Assembly (NCBI GenBank): GCA_002269645.1
Contig: NIVC01000629.1
Span: 62,001-126,000, forward strand
Reading direction: 5' to 3'
DNA: 64,000 nucleotides
DNA from: Macrostomum lignano
Taxonomy: Eukaryota
Below, in pieces: positions 47,642 through 61,200 of the stretch (position 1 is its first letter; each line of letters opens with the position of its first letter). A program made the position numbers and the translations under genes. The notes below the pieces were generated by a model that saw only the letters and a program-made list of their open reading frames with translations, ran no database searches and was not told the origin of the DNA.

Positions 47642-48200
47642 TATAGAATTCCTTACACTATGGGATTCCCCCTATAGAATTCCTTACACTATGGGATTCC
47701 CCCTATAGAATTCCTTACACTATGGGATTCCCCCTATAGAATTCCTTACACTATGGGATTCCCCTATAGAATTCCTTACACTATGGGATTCCCCCTATAG
47801 AATTCCTTACACTATGGGATTCCCCCTATAGAATTCCTTACACTATGGGATTCCCCCTATAGAATTCCTTACACTATGGGATTCCCCCTATAGAATTCCT
47901 TACACTATGGGATTCCCCCTATAGAATTCCTTACACTATGGGATTCCCCCTATAGAATTCCTTACACTATGGAAATTCCCCCTATAGAATTCCCTACACT
48001 ATGGAAGTTCCCCCTACAGAATTCCTTACACTATGGAAATTCCCCTATAGAGTTCCTTACACTATGGAAATTCCCTATAGAGTTCCTTACACTATGGAAA
48101 TTCCCTAAAGAATTTCTTACACTATGGAAATTCCCCTATAGAATTCCTTACACTATGGAAATTCCCCTATAGAATTCCTTAAGCTATGGAACTTCCCCAA
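47642..48200. repeat. 31-bp minisatellite
   Basis: TAGAATTCCTTACACTATGGGATTCCCCCTA, about 18 copies, degrading rightwards. Confidence 0.95.
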
Positions 48201-48331
48201 TGGAATCTCAAACTATGGTGCCAGTGCCAACTGCTAACATCAGCGCTAATATCTATGCTGCACTTCTATAATTCAATAAAGTACATTACGTCATCAGTTA
48301 GGATCAGGTATTTAACAATCGGAATTGCCAA

Positions 48332-50276
48332 TTAACTAAGAAACGGATCCTTTGGCGGAGCTTTGCTAGCGGCCGGGCCGCCGCCGCCGCCACTGGCCGA
48401 GTTCAACAGGTAGCCGGCCACCTGGGGAGTGCCCGCCGTCAGGTAGCCGGCCACAGACGGCGCGTTGGAGATGAACAGGTCGTGCAGCTGGTCTTTATAG
48501 TCCTTCCACACCGGGGAAGCGTCCAGGATGGCACCGACCTGGGCGATGGGGACATTGGGAGGCTGAGTTAGGGATTCGGCGTTGGGACTGAGGCGATTCA
48601 CGGTTGGGACTCAGGTGATTCACGGTTGGGACTCAGGTGATACACGGTTGGGAATCAGGTGATTCACGGTTGGGACTCAGGTGATACACGGTTGGGACTC
48701 AGGTGATACACGGTTGGGACTCAGGTGATTCACAGTTGGGACTCAGGTGATTCACGGTTGGGACTCAGGTGATACACGGTTGGGACTCAGGCGATTCACG
48801 GTTGGGACTCAGGTGATTCACGGTTGGGACTCAGGTGAATCACGGTAGGGACTCAGGTGATTCACGGTTGGGACTCAGGCGATTCACGGTTGGGACTCAG
48901 GCGATTCACGGTTGGGACTCAGGTGATTTACGGTTCACTGACTCACTCCAATCGGGACTCACTGACTCACTGCAATTGGGACTCACTGACTCACTGCAAT
49001 CGGGACTTACTGACTCACTCCAATCAGGACTCACTGCAAGTAGGACTCACTGACTCACTGCAATTGGGACTCACTGCCACCGGGAATCACTGACTCACTC
49101 CAATCGGGATTTCACAGCTCACCCTCTCCCCGTGCTGAAGCGACTTCTGCAACGCCTTGAGCGCATTGACCACCTGCGCCTTGGTGGCCCCCGGATTTTC
49201 CACCCGCTCCAGGCCGGACTGCAGCAATCCGAGCAGGTGCTGCACCAGGCCGCAGGTGAGCGCCTGCTCGGCAGCCAGATCCTCCTGACCCTCGGCCAGA
49301 CGCAGCACAGTCTCGCAGGCGTAGGCCAGCAGATCCGGCCGCTGCTCCATGCCCCGCTTAACCGAGCGTAGGCAGTGGCCGGCCGACACCAGCGACCGGA
49401 CGCAGCCAGTGTTAGCCGAGAAGGCGTGCAGCATCAGCAGGCAGGAGCGCAGGGCGCCGGCATCTCAGAGGTGGCCAACGCGTCCAGTAGCTGAGGAAAA
49501 TATCCCAGCTGAGGCAGGGAGTCCAGCAGGGCCGGCTGGGTGGCAACCAGACCAACCATGGAGGAGGTGACCAGCTCCAGCAGCTGGGCGTCGGCCTGTA
49601 CACCCCGGCGAACCAGTTCAATCCACTTGTCCATCAGGCAGCGGGTGAACTCCTTGGGGTTGCGCAGCACCCAGCCGGGGTTCTGCACAAACAGGCGCAG
49701 GTAGACTCCGCCAACGACTGGCTCGCCGCCCACGCAGTCATTGGAATCCCCGGCCGCGATGAAGGGCATTCGAAAGTCCTCAGGGATGTTCCACTTGACG
49801 GCCGGGTCCAGCACCTGGCGGTGGTAGAACTCGCCGCGCATCCTGGCGACCGTCTGACTGACGTCGGAACGAGTGTCGTCATTCCACAGGAGCTCCGGGT
49901 TTTCCTGATTGGGGAGGCAAAAACCTTTGCTTACTACTGATAGTAATACTGATCTTATTTGATTTTAAATGATTGATACTGATTAATCAATCTATTGAGT
50001 AATAATCCATAATTCATTTATTGTCTATTAATAAAACAGTCGATCAACAATCAAACAGATAGTCAATAAACCAATCAATCAATCAATCAATCAATAATCA
50101 ATCAATCAATCATTAATCAATCAATCAACTGAAATCATCAATCAATCAATCAATCAATAATCAATCAATCATTAATCAATCTATCTATCTATCGATCAAT
50201 CAATTGAAATTATCAATCAATCAAAAATCTAATCATTAGTCAGTCAGTCAGTCAGTCAATCATCAATCGATCAATA

Positions 50277-50309
<33 letters not shown>

Positions 50310-51416
50310 TCAATCAATCAATCATTATTCAATCAATCAACTGAAATCATCAATCAATCAATCAATCAATAATCAATCAATCAATAATCAATCAATCAAT
50401 AATCAATCAATCATTAATCAATCAATCAACTGAAATCATCAATCAATCAATCAATCAATAATCAATCAATCAATCATTAATCAATCAATCAACTGAAATC
50501 ATCAATCAATCAATCAATAATCAATCAATCAATCATTAATCAATCAATCAACTGAAATCATCAATCAATCAATCAATCAATAATCAATCAATCAACTGAA
50601 ATCATCAATCAATCAATCAATAATCAATCAATAATCAATCAATCAACTGAAATCATCAATCAATCAATCAATCAATAATCAATCAATCATTAATCAATCT
50701 ATCTATCTATCGATCAATCAATTGAAATTATCAATCAATCAAAAAATTCAATCATTAGTCAGTCAGTCAGTCAGTCAATCATCAATCGATCAATAAATCA
50801 ATCAATCAATCTGCAGCCGTACCCAGCCGCGCAGCTGGTCTGTCTCACCTGACTGGTCTCAAACATATTGACGGCCGTCTCCGGGGCGTCACGCATCGCG
50901 TCAACAAAGATGGCGGGCAGGAACTTGTTGAGGATGAGGCGAATCCGCGGCCCAACCAGCTTGTTGGCCGTCAGCTTGGCCAGCAGCTGGGCCGCCTGCT
51001 GGCGCAGCTCCTGATCTGAGGAGCTGCAGAACAGGTCCAGCAGGTGGATGATGACGCCCCTGTACACGGAGTCCTTCACCAGGTCCGTGTGCGACATCAG
51101 CGGGCTGAGCGTGCTGAGCAGCAGGCCGTGGCACTCGGGCAGAGTCTGGAACAGCATCACCAGATAGCAGAGCACGTTTGCTGCCGCGATGTCCTTCACG
51201 CATTCCTGATTCTCCGTGACGCAGCTGATCACCTGCGGCGGGCGGGGTTGGTTGCTGGGTGCAGCCTGTGCCTGTCTGTCTGTCTGTCTGTCTGCCTGTC
51301 TGTCTGTCTGCCTGCCTGCCTGTCTGTCTGCCTGCCTGTCTGTCTGTCTGTCTGTCTGTCTGCCTGTCTGTCTGTCTGTCTGCCTGCCTGCCTGCCTGTC
51401 TGTCTGTCTGTCTGCC

Positions 51417-51449
<33 letters not shown>

Positions 51450-54400
51450 GCCTGTCTGTCTGTCTGTCAGTCTGTCTGTCTGTCTGTCTGCCTGTCTGTC
51501 TGTCAGTCCCTCAGACCATCGGCTCACCTCAAGCGCCCTCTGCATGGTGGTGTGACAGCCGTTGAGCCTGAGCAGGGCGAACAGCAGCTGGAAGTAGCCG
51601 ATGCACTGCATCTCAACCCCGGATGATTTCTAATAACGTTGCGCAGAGCCTCAAGCGCGGCGTCAACTTTAGTGAGGTTGCGCCGCTGGTCGTCGTTGAG
51701 AATCAACGTCTCCTGCTGGTCCCGCTGCATTGCCAGCAGCGAGTGCAGGTACTGGGCGCTCGTGTTCAGGTAGTGCAGAATGTCTATGGTCAAGCCTTTG
51801 GGATTCTGCGGTATCAGACGGGAGTTTGGGTGGCCCATTGGGATGCGTGGAGGTCACTAAAGCACTGAGATGTGTAGAGAAGGTCACTGAAGCACTGAGA
51901 TGTGTAGAGAAGGTCACTGAAGCACTGAGATGTGTAGAGAAGGTCACTGAAGCACTGAGATGTGTAGAGAAGGTCACTGAAGCACTGAGATGTGTAGAGA
52001 AGGTCACTGAAGCACTGAGATGTGTAGAGAAGGTCACTGAAGCACTGAGATGTGTAGAGAAGGTCACTGAAGCACTGAGATGTGTAGAGAAGGTCACTGA
52101 AGCACTGAGATGTGTAGAGAAGGTCACTGAAGCACTGAGATGTGTAGAGAAGGTCACTGAAGCACTGAGATGTGTAGAGAAGGTCACTGAAGCACTGAGA
52201 TGTGTAGAGAAGGTCATTGAAGCACTGGAAAGAAAAGGTGAAGATTCCCCATCCAATGGTTACCTCCAGCGGATAAGTCGGCTGCTCATTGTACACTCGA
52301 ATGAAAACGTCTCCGATGATGAGCTCCTTGCCGAAGATGCTGTACTGGAACTCGGTGCCCAGCGATTGGTCGCACTCGCCCTGGAAGGTCAAACACGAAT
52401 TTAGTCTATGGGGCTGGTTTGGGGCGATTCTCAGTCTGGTTTAGGGGCGATTCTCAGGATGGTTTAGGGGCGATTCTCAGGATGGTTTAGGGGCGATTCT
52501 CAGTCTGGTTTAGGGGCGATTCTCAGTCTGGTTTAGGGGCGATTCTCAGTCTGGTTTAGGGGCGATTCTCAGTCTGGTTTAGGGGCGATTCTCAGTCTGG
52601 TTTAGGGGCGATTCTCAGTCTGGTTTAGGGGCGATTCTCAGTCTGGTTTAGGGGCGATTCTCAGTCTGGTTTAGGGACGATTCTCAGTCTGGTTTAGGGG
52701 CGATTCTCAGTCTGGTTTAGGGGCGATTCTCAGTCTGGTTTAGGGATGATTCTCAGTCTGGTTTAGGGGCGATTCTCAGTCTGGTTTAGGGGCGATTCTC
52801 AGTCTGGTTTAGGGGCGATTCTCAGTCTGGTTTAGGGGCGATTCTCAGTCTGGTTTAGGGGCGATTCTCAGGATGGTTTAGGGGCGATTCTCAGTCTGGT
52901 TTAGGGACGATTCTCAGTCTGGTTTAGGGGTGATTCTCAGGATGGTTTAGGGGCGATTCTCAGTCTGGTTTAGGGGCGATTCTCAGGATGGTTTAGGGGC
53001 GATTCTCAGTCTGGTTTAGGGACGATTCTCAGTCTGGTTTAGGGGTGATTCTCAGGATGGTTTAGGGGTGATTCTCAGTCTGGTTTGGGGCGATTCTCAG
53101 TCTGGTTTGGGGCGATTCTCAGTCTGGTTTAGGGGCGATTCTCAGTCTGGTTTAGGGGCGATTCTCAGTCTGGTTTAGGGGCGATTTTCAGGATGGTTTA
53201 GGGGTGATTCTCAGGATGGTTTAGGGGTGATTCTCAGTCTGGTTTGGGGCGATTCTCAGTCTGGTTTAGGGGCGATTCTCAGTCTGGTTTAGGGGCGATT
53301 CTCAGTCTGGTTTAGGGGCGATTCTCAGTCTGGTTTAGGGGCGATTCTCAGTCTGGTTTAGGGGCGATTCTCAGTCTGGTTTAGGGGCGATTCTCAGTCT
53401 GGTTTAGGGGCGATTCTCAGTCTGGTTTAGGGGCGATTCTCAGTCTGGTTTAGGGGCGATTCTCAGTCTGGTTTAGGGGCGATTCTCAGTCTGGTTTAGG
53501 GGCGATTCTCAGTCTGGTTTAGGGACGATTCTCAGTCTGGTTTAGGGGCGATTCTCAGTCTGGTTTAGGGGCGATTCTCAGTCTGGTTTAGGGATGATTC
53601 TCAGTCTGGTTTAGGGGCGATTCTCAGTCTGGTTTAGGGGCGATTCTCAGTCTGGTTTAGGGGCGATTCTCAGTCTGGTTTAGGGGCGATTCTCAGTCTG
53701 GTTTAGGGGCGATTCTCAGGATGGTTTAGGGGCGATTCTCAGTCTGGTTTAGGGACGATTCTCAGTCTGGTTTAGGGGTGATTCTCAGGATGGTTTAGGG
53801 GCGATTCTCAGTCTGGTTTAGGGGCGATTCTCAGGATGGTTTAGGGGCGATTCTCAGGATGGTTTAGGGGCGATTCTCAGGATGGTTTAGGGGCGATTCT
53901 CAGTCTGGTTTAGGGGTGACTTAACAAACAAACCAACTAACAGCTCTGATTTCAGGCTCCGTTGCAGAGGCCCCACTCACAGTGCGAATCAGACTCTGCT
54001 GCTGGTCCTCCAAATAGCCCAACAGTTCGGCCCTGGTCGCATTGTCCCAGATTAAATATGGCGTCTGGCAATTGGAATTCAGCAGCTTCAGCAGCCAGCC
54101 TGGCCGCTGGTCCTGCATTCGGCGGCAAACAAACGGCGTGACCAGAGCCTTCAGCGACTGCTGCACTGACGGATTGTCTGGATAGCAGGCGCCGCCGTCG
54201 CTGCTGCTGTTGCTCGCGTCTGCGGCCACTGCGGGGACGTCGTCTGAGGCCTCGGCTCGGCCAGGCTCGCCCGAGTCGACCGCTACGGCCACTGTCGGGG
54301 AGGTGGCGACGGCACGATAGCCGGCCAGGGCGGAGCAGGCCCTGAGGGCGGCCTCGGCCAAGCGGTTGTTCTGCTCCTGCTGGTTGCTGTCCTCCGCCCG

Positions 54401-55198
54401 TTCAACGCCGCCCTCGTCCAGGGTGTAGTCGTAGCCGAATAGCAGCGGCAGCAGGTGGTAGAGCGCACCAGACTGGTACATGTTCGTCTGCAGCCAGAAG
54501 TCCAGGCAGAAGGCTGAGGGGGCGGGTTTGTATCAGTTAGCTGCGATAAGAGTGCGCTGCAAAGTAGTGGAGCCCTGAATTGGTCTGCCCACTGGCTCTG
54601 TATGATAACTGGCTACTATAACTATTCTGTGTAGATTATTATGCTTATTTTAGTACTTACTATTCAATTAAAGTAAATCAAAACTAAATGAACAAAAACG
54701 ACGACTACTACTACTGCTACTAGTACTACTACCACTACTACTGCTACTACTAATACTACTGGTACTACTACTACAATACTACTGGTACTACTACTACCAC
54801 CACTACTACTGGTACTACTAATACTACTGCTACTACTACTACAATACTACTGGTACTACTACTACCACCACTACTACTGGTACTACTAATGCAACTGCTA
54901 CTACTACTACTACTACTGCTACTGCTACTACTAATACTACCGGTACTACTACTACTACTACTACTACTGGTACTACTACTACCACCACTACTACTGGTAC
55001 TACTAATGCAACTGCTACTACTACTACTACTACTACTACCGCTACTGCTACTACTGGTACTACTACTACTGGTACTACTACTATTGCTACTACTACTACT
55101 ACTACTGGTACTACTACTACCACCACTACTACTGGTACTACTAATGCAACTGCTACTACTACTACTACTACTGCTACTGCTACTACTAATACTACCGG

Positions 55199-55232
<34 letters not shown>

Positions 55233-58200
55233 GGTACTACTACTACTGCTACTACTACTACTGCTACTGCTACTACTACTACTACTAGTACCACTACTAG
55301 CATCACCACAGCAACAGACCTGCGGCGCACTCAACGGCCACTGTAGCCAGCCGGGGCAGGTGCTTAAAGTACATAACCCGCAGCAGATCCTTGACAATCT
55401 GAGGCTGCTCTTGAATCCTCGATCGGCAGGCTTCAAACTTGGCGGCAACGGTGAAACAGCGCAGAATGTTGACACAGACTCTGGCTGGAGTCTCGTCGGG
55501 TTTCGAGCCGGGCGTTATCACGGAGACGCAACGGGAGAAGGCCTCCTGCAGGGCCTCGATGCCGTTCTCGCGACGCAACTCCTCGGCGTTAAGATTCGAG
55601 CAGTTGACAGTGTGGTAGCAGAGCTCGGCGGCAGACTCTAGCAGGGGCACCTCTTTGGAGAACAGCTGATCCTCTGAGGTCTCCATGCGGACCGTTTTAA
55701 TGAGTGCCGGATAGCCAGCGTACTTGTAGGGCTGCAGCACTGGGGACGGGAGGGAGAGTTGGGGTGTCCGGCTGGCTTGGGGTTTGGAGTGGATCAGCTG
55801 ATGACAGCCTTTGTGTTTACCATGACAGGGAATATGACTCAGGCTGTATTTACATTACAGGGAATCTGACACAGGCTGTATGTACATTACAGGGAATCTG
55901 ACTCAGGCTGTATGTACATTACAGGGAATCTGACTCAAGCTGTATGTACATTACAGGGAATCTGACTCAAGCTGTATGTACATTACAGGGAATATGACTC
56001 AGGCTGTATGTACAGTACAGGGAATCTGACTCAGGCTGTATGTACAGTACAGGGAATCTGACTCAGGCTGTATGTACATTACAGGGAATCTGACTCAGGC
56101 TGTATGTACAGTACAGGGAATCTGACTCAGGCTGTATGTACATTACAGGGAATCTGACTCAGGCTGTATGTACAGTACAGGGAAAGACACAGGCTGTATG
56201 CACACTACATGGAGTGACACAGGCTGTATGCACACTACATGGAGTGACACAGGCTGTATGCACACTACATGGAGTGACACAGGCTGTATGCACACTACAT
56301 GGAGTGACACAGGCTGTATGCACACTACATGGAGTGACACAGGCTGTATGCACACTACATGGAGTGACACAGGCTGTATGCACACTACATGGAGTGACAC
56401 AGGCTGTATGCACACTACATGGAGTGACACAGGCTGTATGCACACTACATGGAGTGACACAGGCTGTATGCACACTACATGGAGTGACACAGGCTGTATG
56501 CACACTACATGGAGTGACACAGGCTGTATGCACACTACATGGAGTGACACAGGCTGTATGCACACTACATGGAGTGACACAGGCTGTATGCACACTACAT
56601 GGAGTGACACAGGCTGTATGCACACTACATGGAGTGACACAGGCTGTATGCACACTACATGGAGTGACACAGGCTGTATGCACACTACATGGAGTGACAC
56701 AGGCTGTATGCACACTACATGGAGTGACACAGGCTGTATGCACACTACATGGAGTGACACAGGCTGTATGCACACTACATGGAGTGACACAGGCGGTATG
56801 CACACTACACAGGCACAGCACTTACAATCCTTGTACCGGCTGAACAGAATGCTCTGGGACCGCAGGATGAGCACAATATTCTTGGGGTCGGGGCCCTGCA
56901 CGAGGTTGGCTTTGCTGCACAAAAATTCGTAGGCCTTGTTGACCGATTCAAATTTCTCTCGGCCGTCCGGGTTTTTGTCCGGATGATATTTCTGGGCTAA
57001 ACGGAAGTAGCTCTTCCGGATCTGCGCCTCGTCTGGGCTGAATGGGACACCGAATTTGGGGATTTGATTCGCTCTTGATTGACAGTTCTCAATTGTTTCG
57101 CAACTAGAAAAAGTTATCTGTTTAATATCTGTTTCCCAAGCGTGTAATATCTGTTTCGCAAGCGTCTAATATCTGTTTCGCAAGCGTCTAATATCTGTTT
57201 CGCAAGCGTCTAATATCTGTTTCGCAAGCGTCTAATATCTGTTTCGCAAGCGTCTAATATCTGTTTCGCAAGCGTGTAATATCTATTTCTTAACCGGCCT
57301 TAATTTGTGATTTCCTAAGCGCCTAATTTGTGATTTCTTAAGCATCTAATTTGCGATTTCCTAAGCGCCTAATTTGTGATTTCTTAAGCATCTAATTTGC
57401 GATTTCCTAAGCGCCTAATGATTTCCTAAGCATCTAATTTGTGATGTCTTAAGCGCCTAATTTGTGATTTCCTAAGTACCTAATTTGTGATTTCCTACGC
57501 GCCTAATTGGCGATTTCCTAAGCATCTAATTTGTGATTTCCTAAGTACCTAATATGTGATTTCCTAAGCGCCTACTTTGTGGTTTCCTAAGCATCTAATT
57601 TGTGATTTCCGAAGCATCTAATTTGTGATTTCCTAAGTCCCTGGAAGCCAAAGTTCCGTTACCTAATAGCCGACAAACTAATCAAAAGAACGCAAGAATT
57701 TTTACTACTAGTAGCCACTCACGCTCCATCCTTGCTAGTCAGCCCCAATTCGCTGTAGGCCTCCTCTAAACTCATCGTTGGCGGCCGTTTCTCAACTTCG
57801 CGTTTCCAAGCCTCTAAAATGTCTTTGAGCAAAGCGATTGGCTCTTTGATTGGCCAATCGGGAAATCTGGCAGTGTCGCACAGGTGGCGCAGGTAATAGA
57901 TATTGCAGAATAGCTCATTCTCAAGCTGAGGATACTGCACCCGAGGGATGGCGCAGTACTGGTACAGAGCTCTCGTATTAGACTGCAGCCGGGGCGAGAA
58001 GTCGGCCAGGTGGGCGGCAATTTTGCTAATCATGAGGCGGCGCATCTCGGAATTCCAGATCGCCTCAGGCGTGTCGAATTCGCCCAGAAATATTTCGGCG
58101 AATTTTTCCGGCGTATAGTTCTCTAAGTAGCAGACCATGGCCTCGGGTAGCAGGTGGCCAAGCACCGACTGCTGCATCAGACTGTGACCGGCCTGAGCGG

Positions 58201-61200
58201 ATAAATTATTAACTAGCTAGTTATACTACTGAGTAGAAACCTAAGGATATTAATGCAAAAAAGTTTCGCAACATTTTCAATGAAAATTAAGTCCTTAGTT
58301 TGCAAAACGATAAAAGAACGGAAAAATATAAATATCATAGTGTACTTTTGCGCAGATATCTTTAAAGTACATCGCTTCTATAATGGAAACAGGCAGCGTA
58401 TCAAGTTTGTGAAAATTTCTAATTTGTTAAGATTCAAGCTCGTGACGATTCGAGCTTGTGAAGTTTTAAGCATGTGAAGCTTCGAGCTTGTGAAGATTCG
58501 AGCTTGTAAAGTTTCGAGCTTGTGAAGCTTCGAGCTTGTGAAGATTCGAGCTTGTGAAGATTCGAGCTCGTGAAGATTCGAGCTTGTGAAGTTTTAAGCA
58601 TGTGAAGCTTCGAGCTTGTGACGATTCGAGCTTGTGAAGTTTCGAGCTTGTGAAGATTCGAGCTTGTGAAGTTTCGAGCTGGTGAAGTTTCGAGCTTGTG
58701 AAGTTTCGAGCTTGTGAAGATTCGAGCTTGTGAAGTTTTAAGCTTGTGAAGATTCGAGCTTGTGAAGATTCGAGCTTGTGGAGTTTCGAGCTTGTGAAGT
58801 TTCGAGCTTGTGAAGTTTCGAGCTGGTGAAGTTTTAAGCTTGTGAAGATTCGAGCTTGTGAAGTTTTAAGCTTGTGAAGTTTCGAGCTGGTGAAGTTTTA
58901 AGCTTGTGAAGTTTCGAGCTTGTGAAGATTCGAGCTTGTGGAGTTTCGAGCCTGTGAAGATTCGAGCTTGTGAAGATTCGAGCTGGTGAAGTTTCGAGCT
59001 CGTGAAGATTCGAGCTTGTGAAGATTCGAGCTTGTGAAGATTCGAGCTTGTGAAGATTCGAGCTCGTGAAGATTCGAGCTTGTGAAGATTCGAGCTTGTG
59101 AAGATTCGAGCTTGTGAAGATTCGAGCTCGTGAAGATTCGAGCTTGTGAAGATTCGAGCTCGTGAAGATTCGAGCTTGTGAAGATTCGAGCTTGTAGAGT
59201 TTCGAGCCTGTGTAGATTCGAGCTTGTGAAGATTCGAGCTCGTGAAGATTCGAGCTTGTGAAGATTCGAGCTTGTAGAGTTTCGAGCCTGTGTAGATTCG
59301 AGCTTGTGAAGATTCGAGCTTGTGAAGATTCGAGCTCGTGAAGATTCGAGCCTGTGAAGATTCGAGCTTGTGAAGTTTCGAGCTGGTGAAGATTCGAGCT
59401 TGCAAAAGCAATTCCTCAGCTTGACATTGTTCACCAACTAAGCTAAGGAACAGTTACACTTTACCCTAATTTATTATACTATATTATAACACAGTAACCA
59501 GTTAGAGTAGAAAAGTTAAAAACATTTTAACTTAACTTACAACATTAACAGTTCGACAGGGCACCACAGGAGAGGGGGTAGGGAGAGACAAACAGATAGA
59601 GGAGGCAACAGTCATGTACATTGCCCAGGGCAACTGTATGCCCAAGCATTAGAAGTGTACACTTAATGACATGCCAGATTACATACGTGAGGGTGTGTTC
59701 AGGCATATGAGAGCTATCTACATGTAATATCTCCTCTCTTGCCAAAGGCTGAAACACGCAACTGTATTTCATTGCCTGTTGCCTTCACTTTTGCGTGCAG
59801 TGCTTCAACTTCAACATGGCTTAAATATCTGATATCGTTGCACTATTATGCACTTTACAGTAATAAATGTACATGGTGTCTGCAGAATTGCGCTTGAGGA
59901 AAGAAAATGGCCCAATGCAATTCTAGGCTTGATATTTCCTCATTTCATAACTTTATGTTAAAGATAATGGGGGTATCACTGTCCCACTGACTGATCAGGG
60001 GGTATTAGTTCCCCAGTGACAGATCATGGGGGTATCACTGTCCCATTAACAGAAGCATGACACAGATCAGGGGTATCAGTGCCCCATTAACAAAAGCATG
60101 ACACAGATCAGGGGTATCAGTGCCCCATTAACAGAAGCATGACACAGATCAGGGGTATCAGTGCCCCATTAACAGAAGCATGACACAGATCAGGGGTATC
60201 AGTGCCCCATTAACAGAAGCATGACACAGAGCAGACCCAGCCACCCCAGTTCTCACCTCTTCTGTCCGAAACGCCTGCAGCAGGTGGGTGTACTTGAGAA
60301 ACTGAGCAATGGGTATCAGATTAGAGCCAGAGTACATCAGTATGAAGAAGAAGACTCCAGTTAGGTACAGCCTGGATATGTAAGGATTCTCCACCATCAT
60401 ATGGTTGAGCAGGGTGGCCACCTTCTCAACTAGCACAGAGTCGAATGTGAGCAGCAGCTGCACCAGATGCGGCAGGCAGGCGCCGCTACTCAAGGCGGTT
60501 TTCACCCTGGGCAGCGGCCTGATCACGGCGCCAAACTGGTCAGTGCTGGGGAAGAACTCGCACATGCGGATGAGAATGTTGAGCCCGGCCACAGCCAGGT
60601 CGCTCTCGTTTAGCACCTGTAGGGGTGGGTTCGAATCTCATAGCATTAATTTAGGAGCATTTTATCCCCATACAGTTAACGGCATTTCCCAATTTACACA
60701 TTTCCTAATCTCAGTCAGTCAGTCAGTCAGTCAGTCAGTCAGTCAGTCAGTCAGTCAGCCAGCCAGTCAGCCAGCCAGTCAGTCAGTCAGTCAGTCAGTC
60801 AGTCAGTCAGTCAGTCAGTCAGTCAGTCAGTCAGTCAGCCAGCCAGTCAGTCAGTCAGTCAGTCAGTCAGTCAGTCAGCCAGTCAGTCAGTCAGTCAGTC
60901 AGTCAGTCAGTCAGTCAGTCAGCCAGTCAATCAGTCAGCCAGCCAGTCAGCCAGTCAGTCAGTCAGTCAGCCAGTCAGTCAGTCAGTCAGTCAGTCAGCC
61001 AGCCAGCCAGCCAGTCAGTCAGTCAGTCAGTCAGTCAGTCAGTCAGTCACCCACTCACTCAAGTCAGTCAGTCAGTCAGTCAGTCAGTCAGTCAGTCAGT
61101 CAGTCAGTCAGTCAGTCAGTCAGTCAGTCAGTCAGTCAGTCAGTCAGTCAGTCAGTCAGTCAGTCAGTCAGTCAGTCAGTCAGTCAGTCAGTCAGTCAGT

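Noticed and set aside
52410-53921. True telomere or chromosome-fusion scar
   Set aside because: TTAGGG is embedded in a 23-bp unit rather than tandem, within an intron of a conserved gene.
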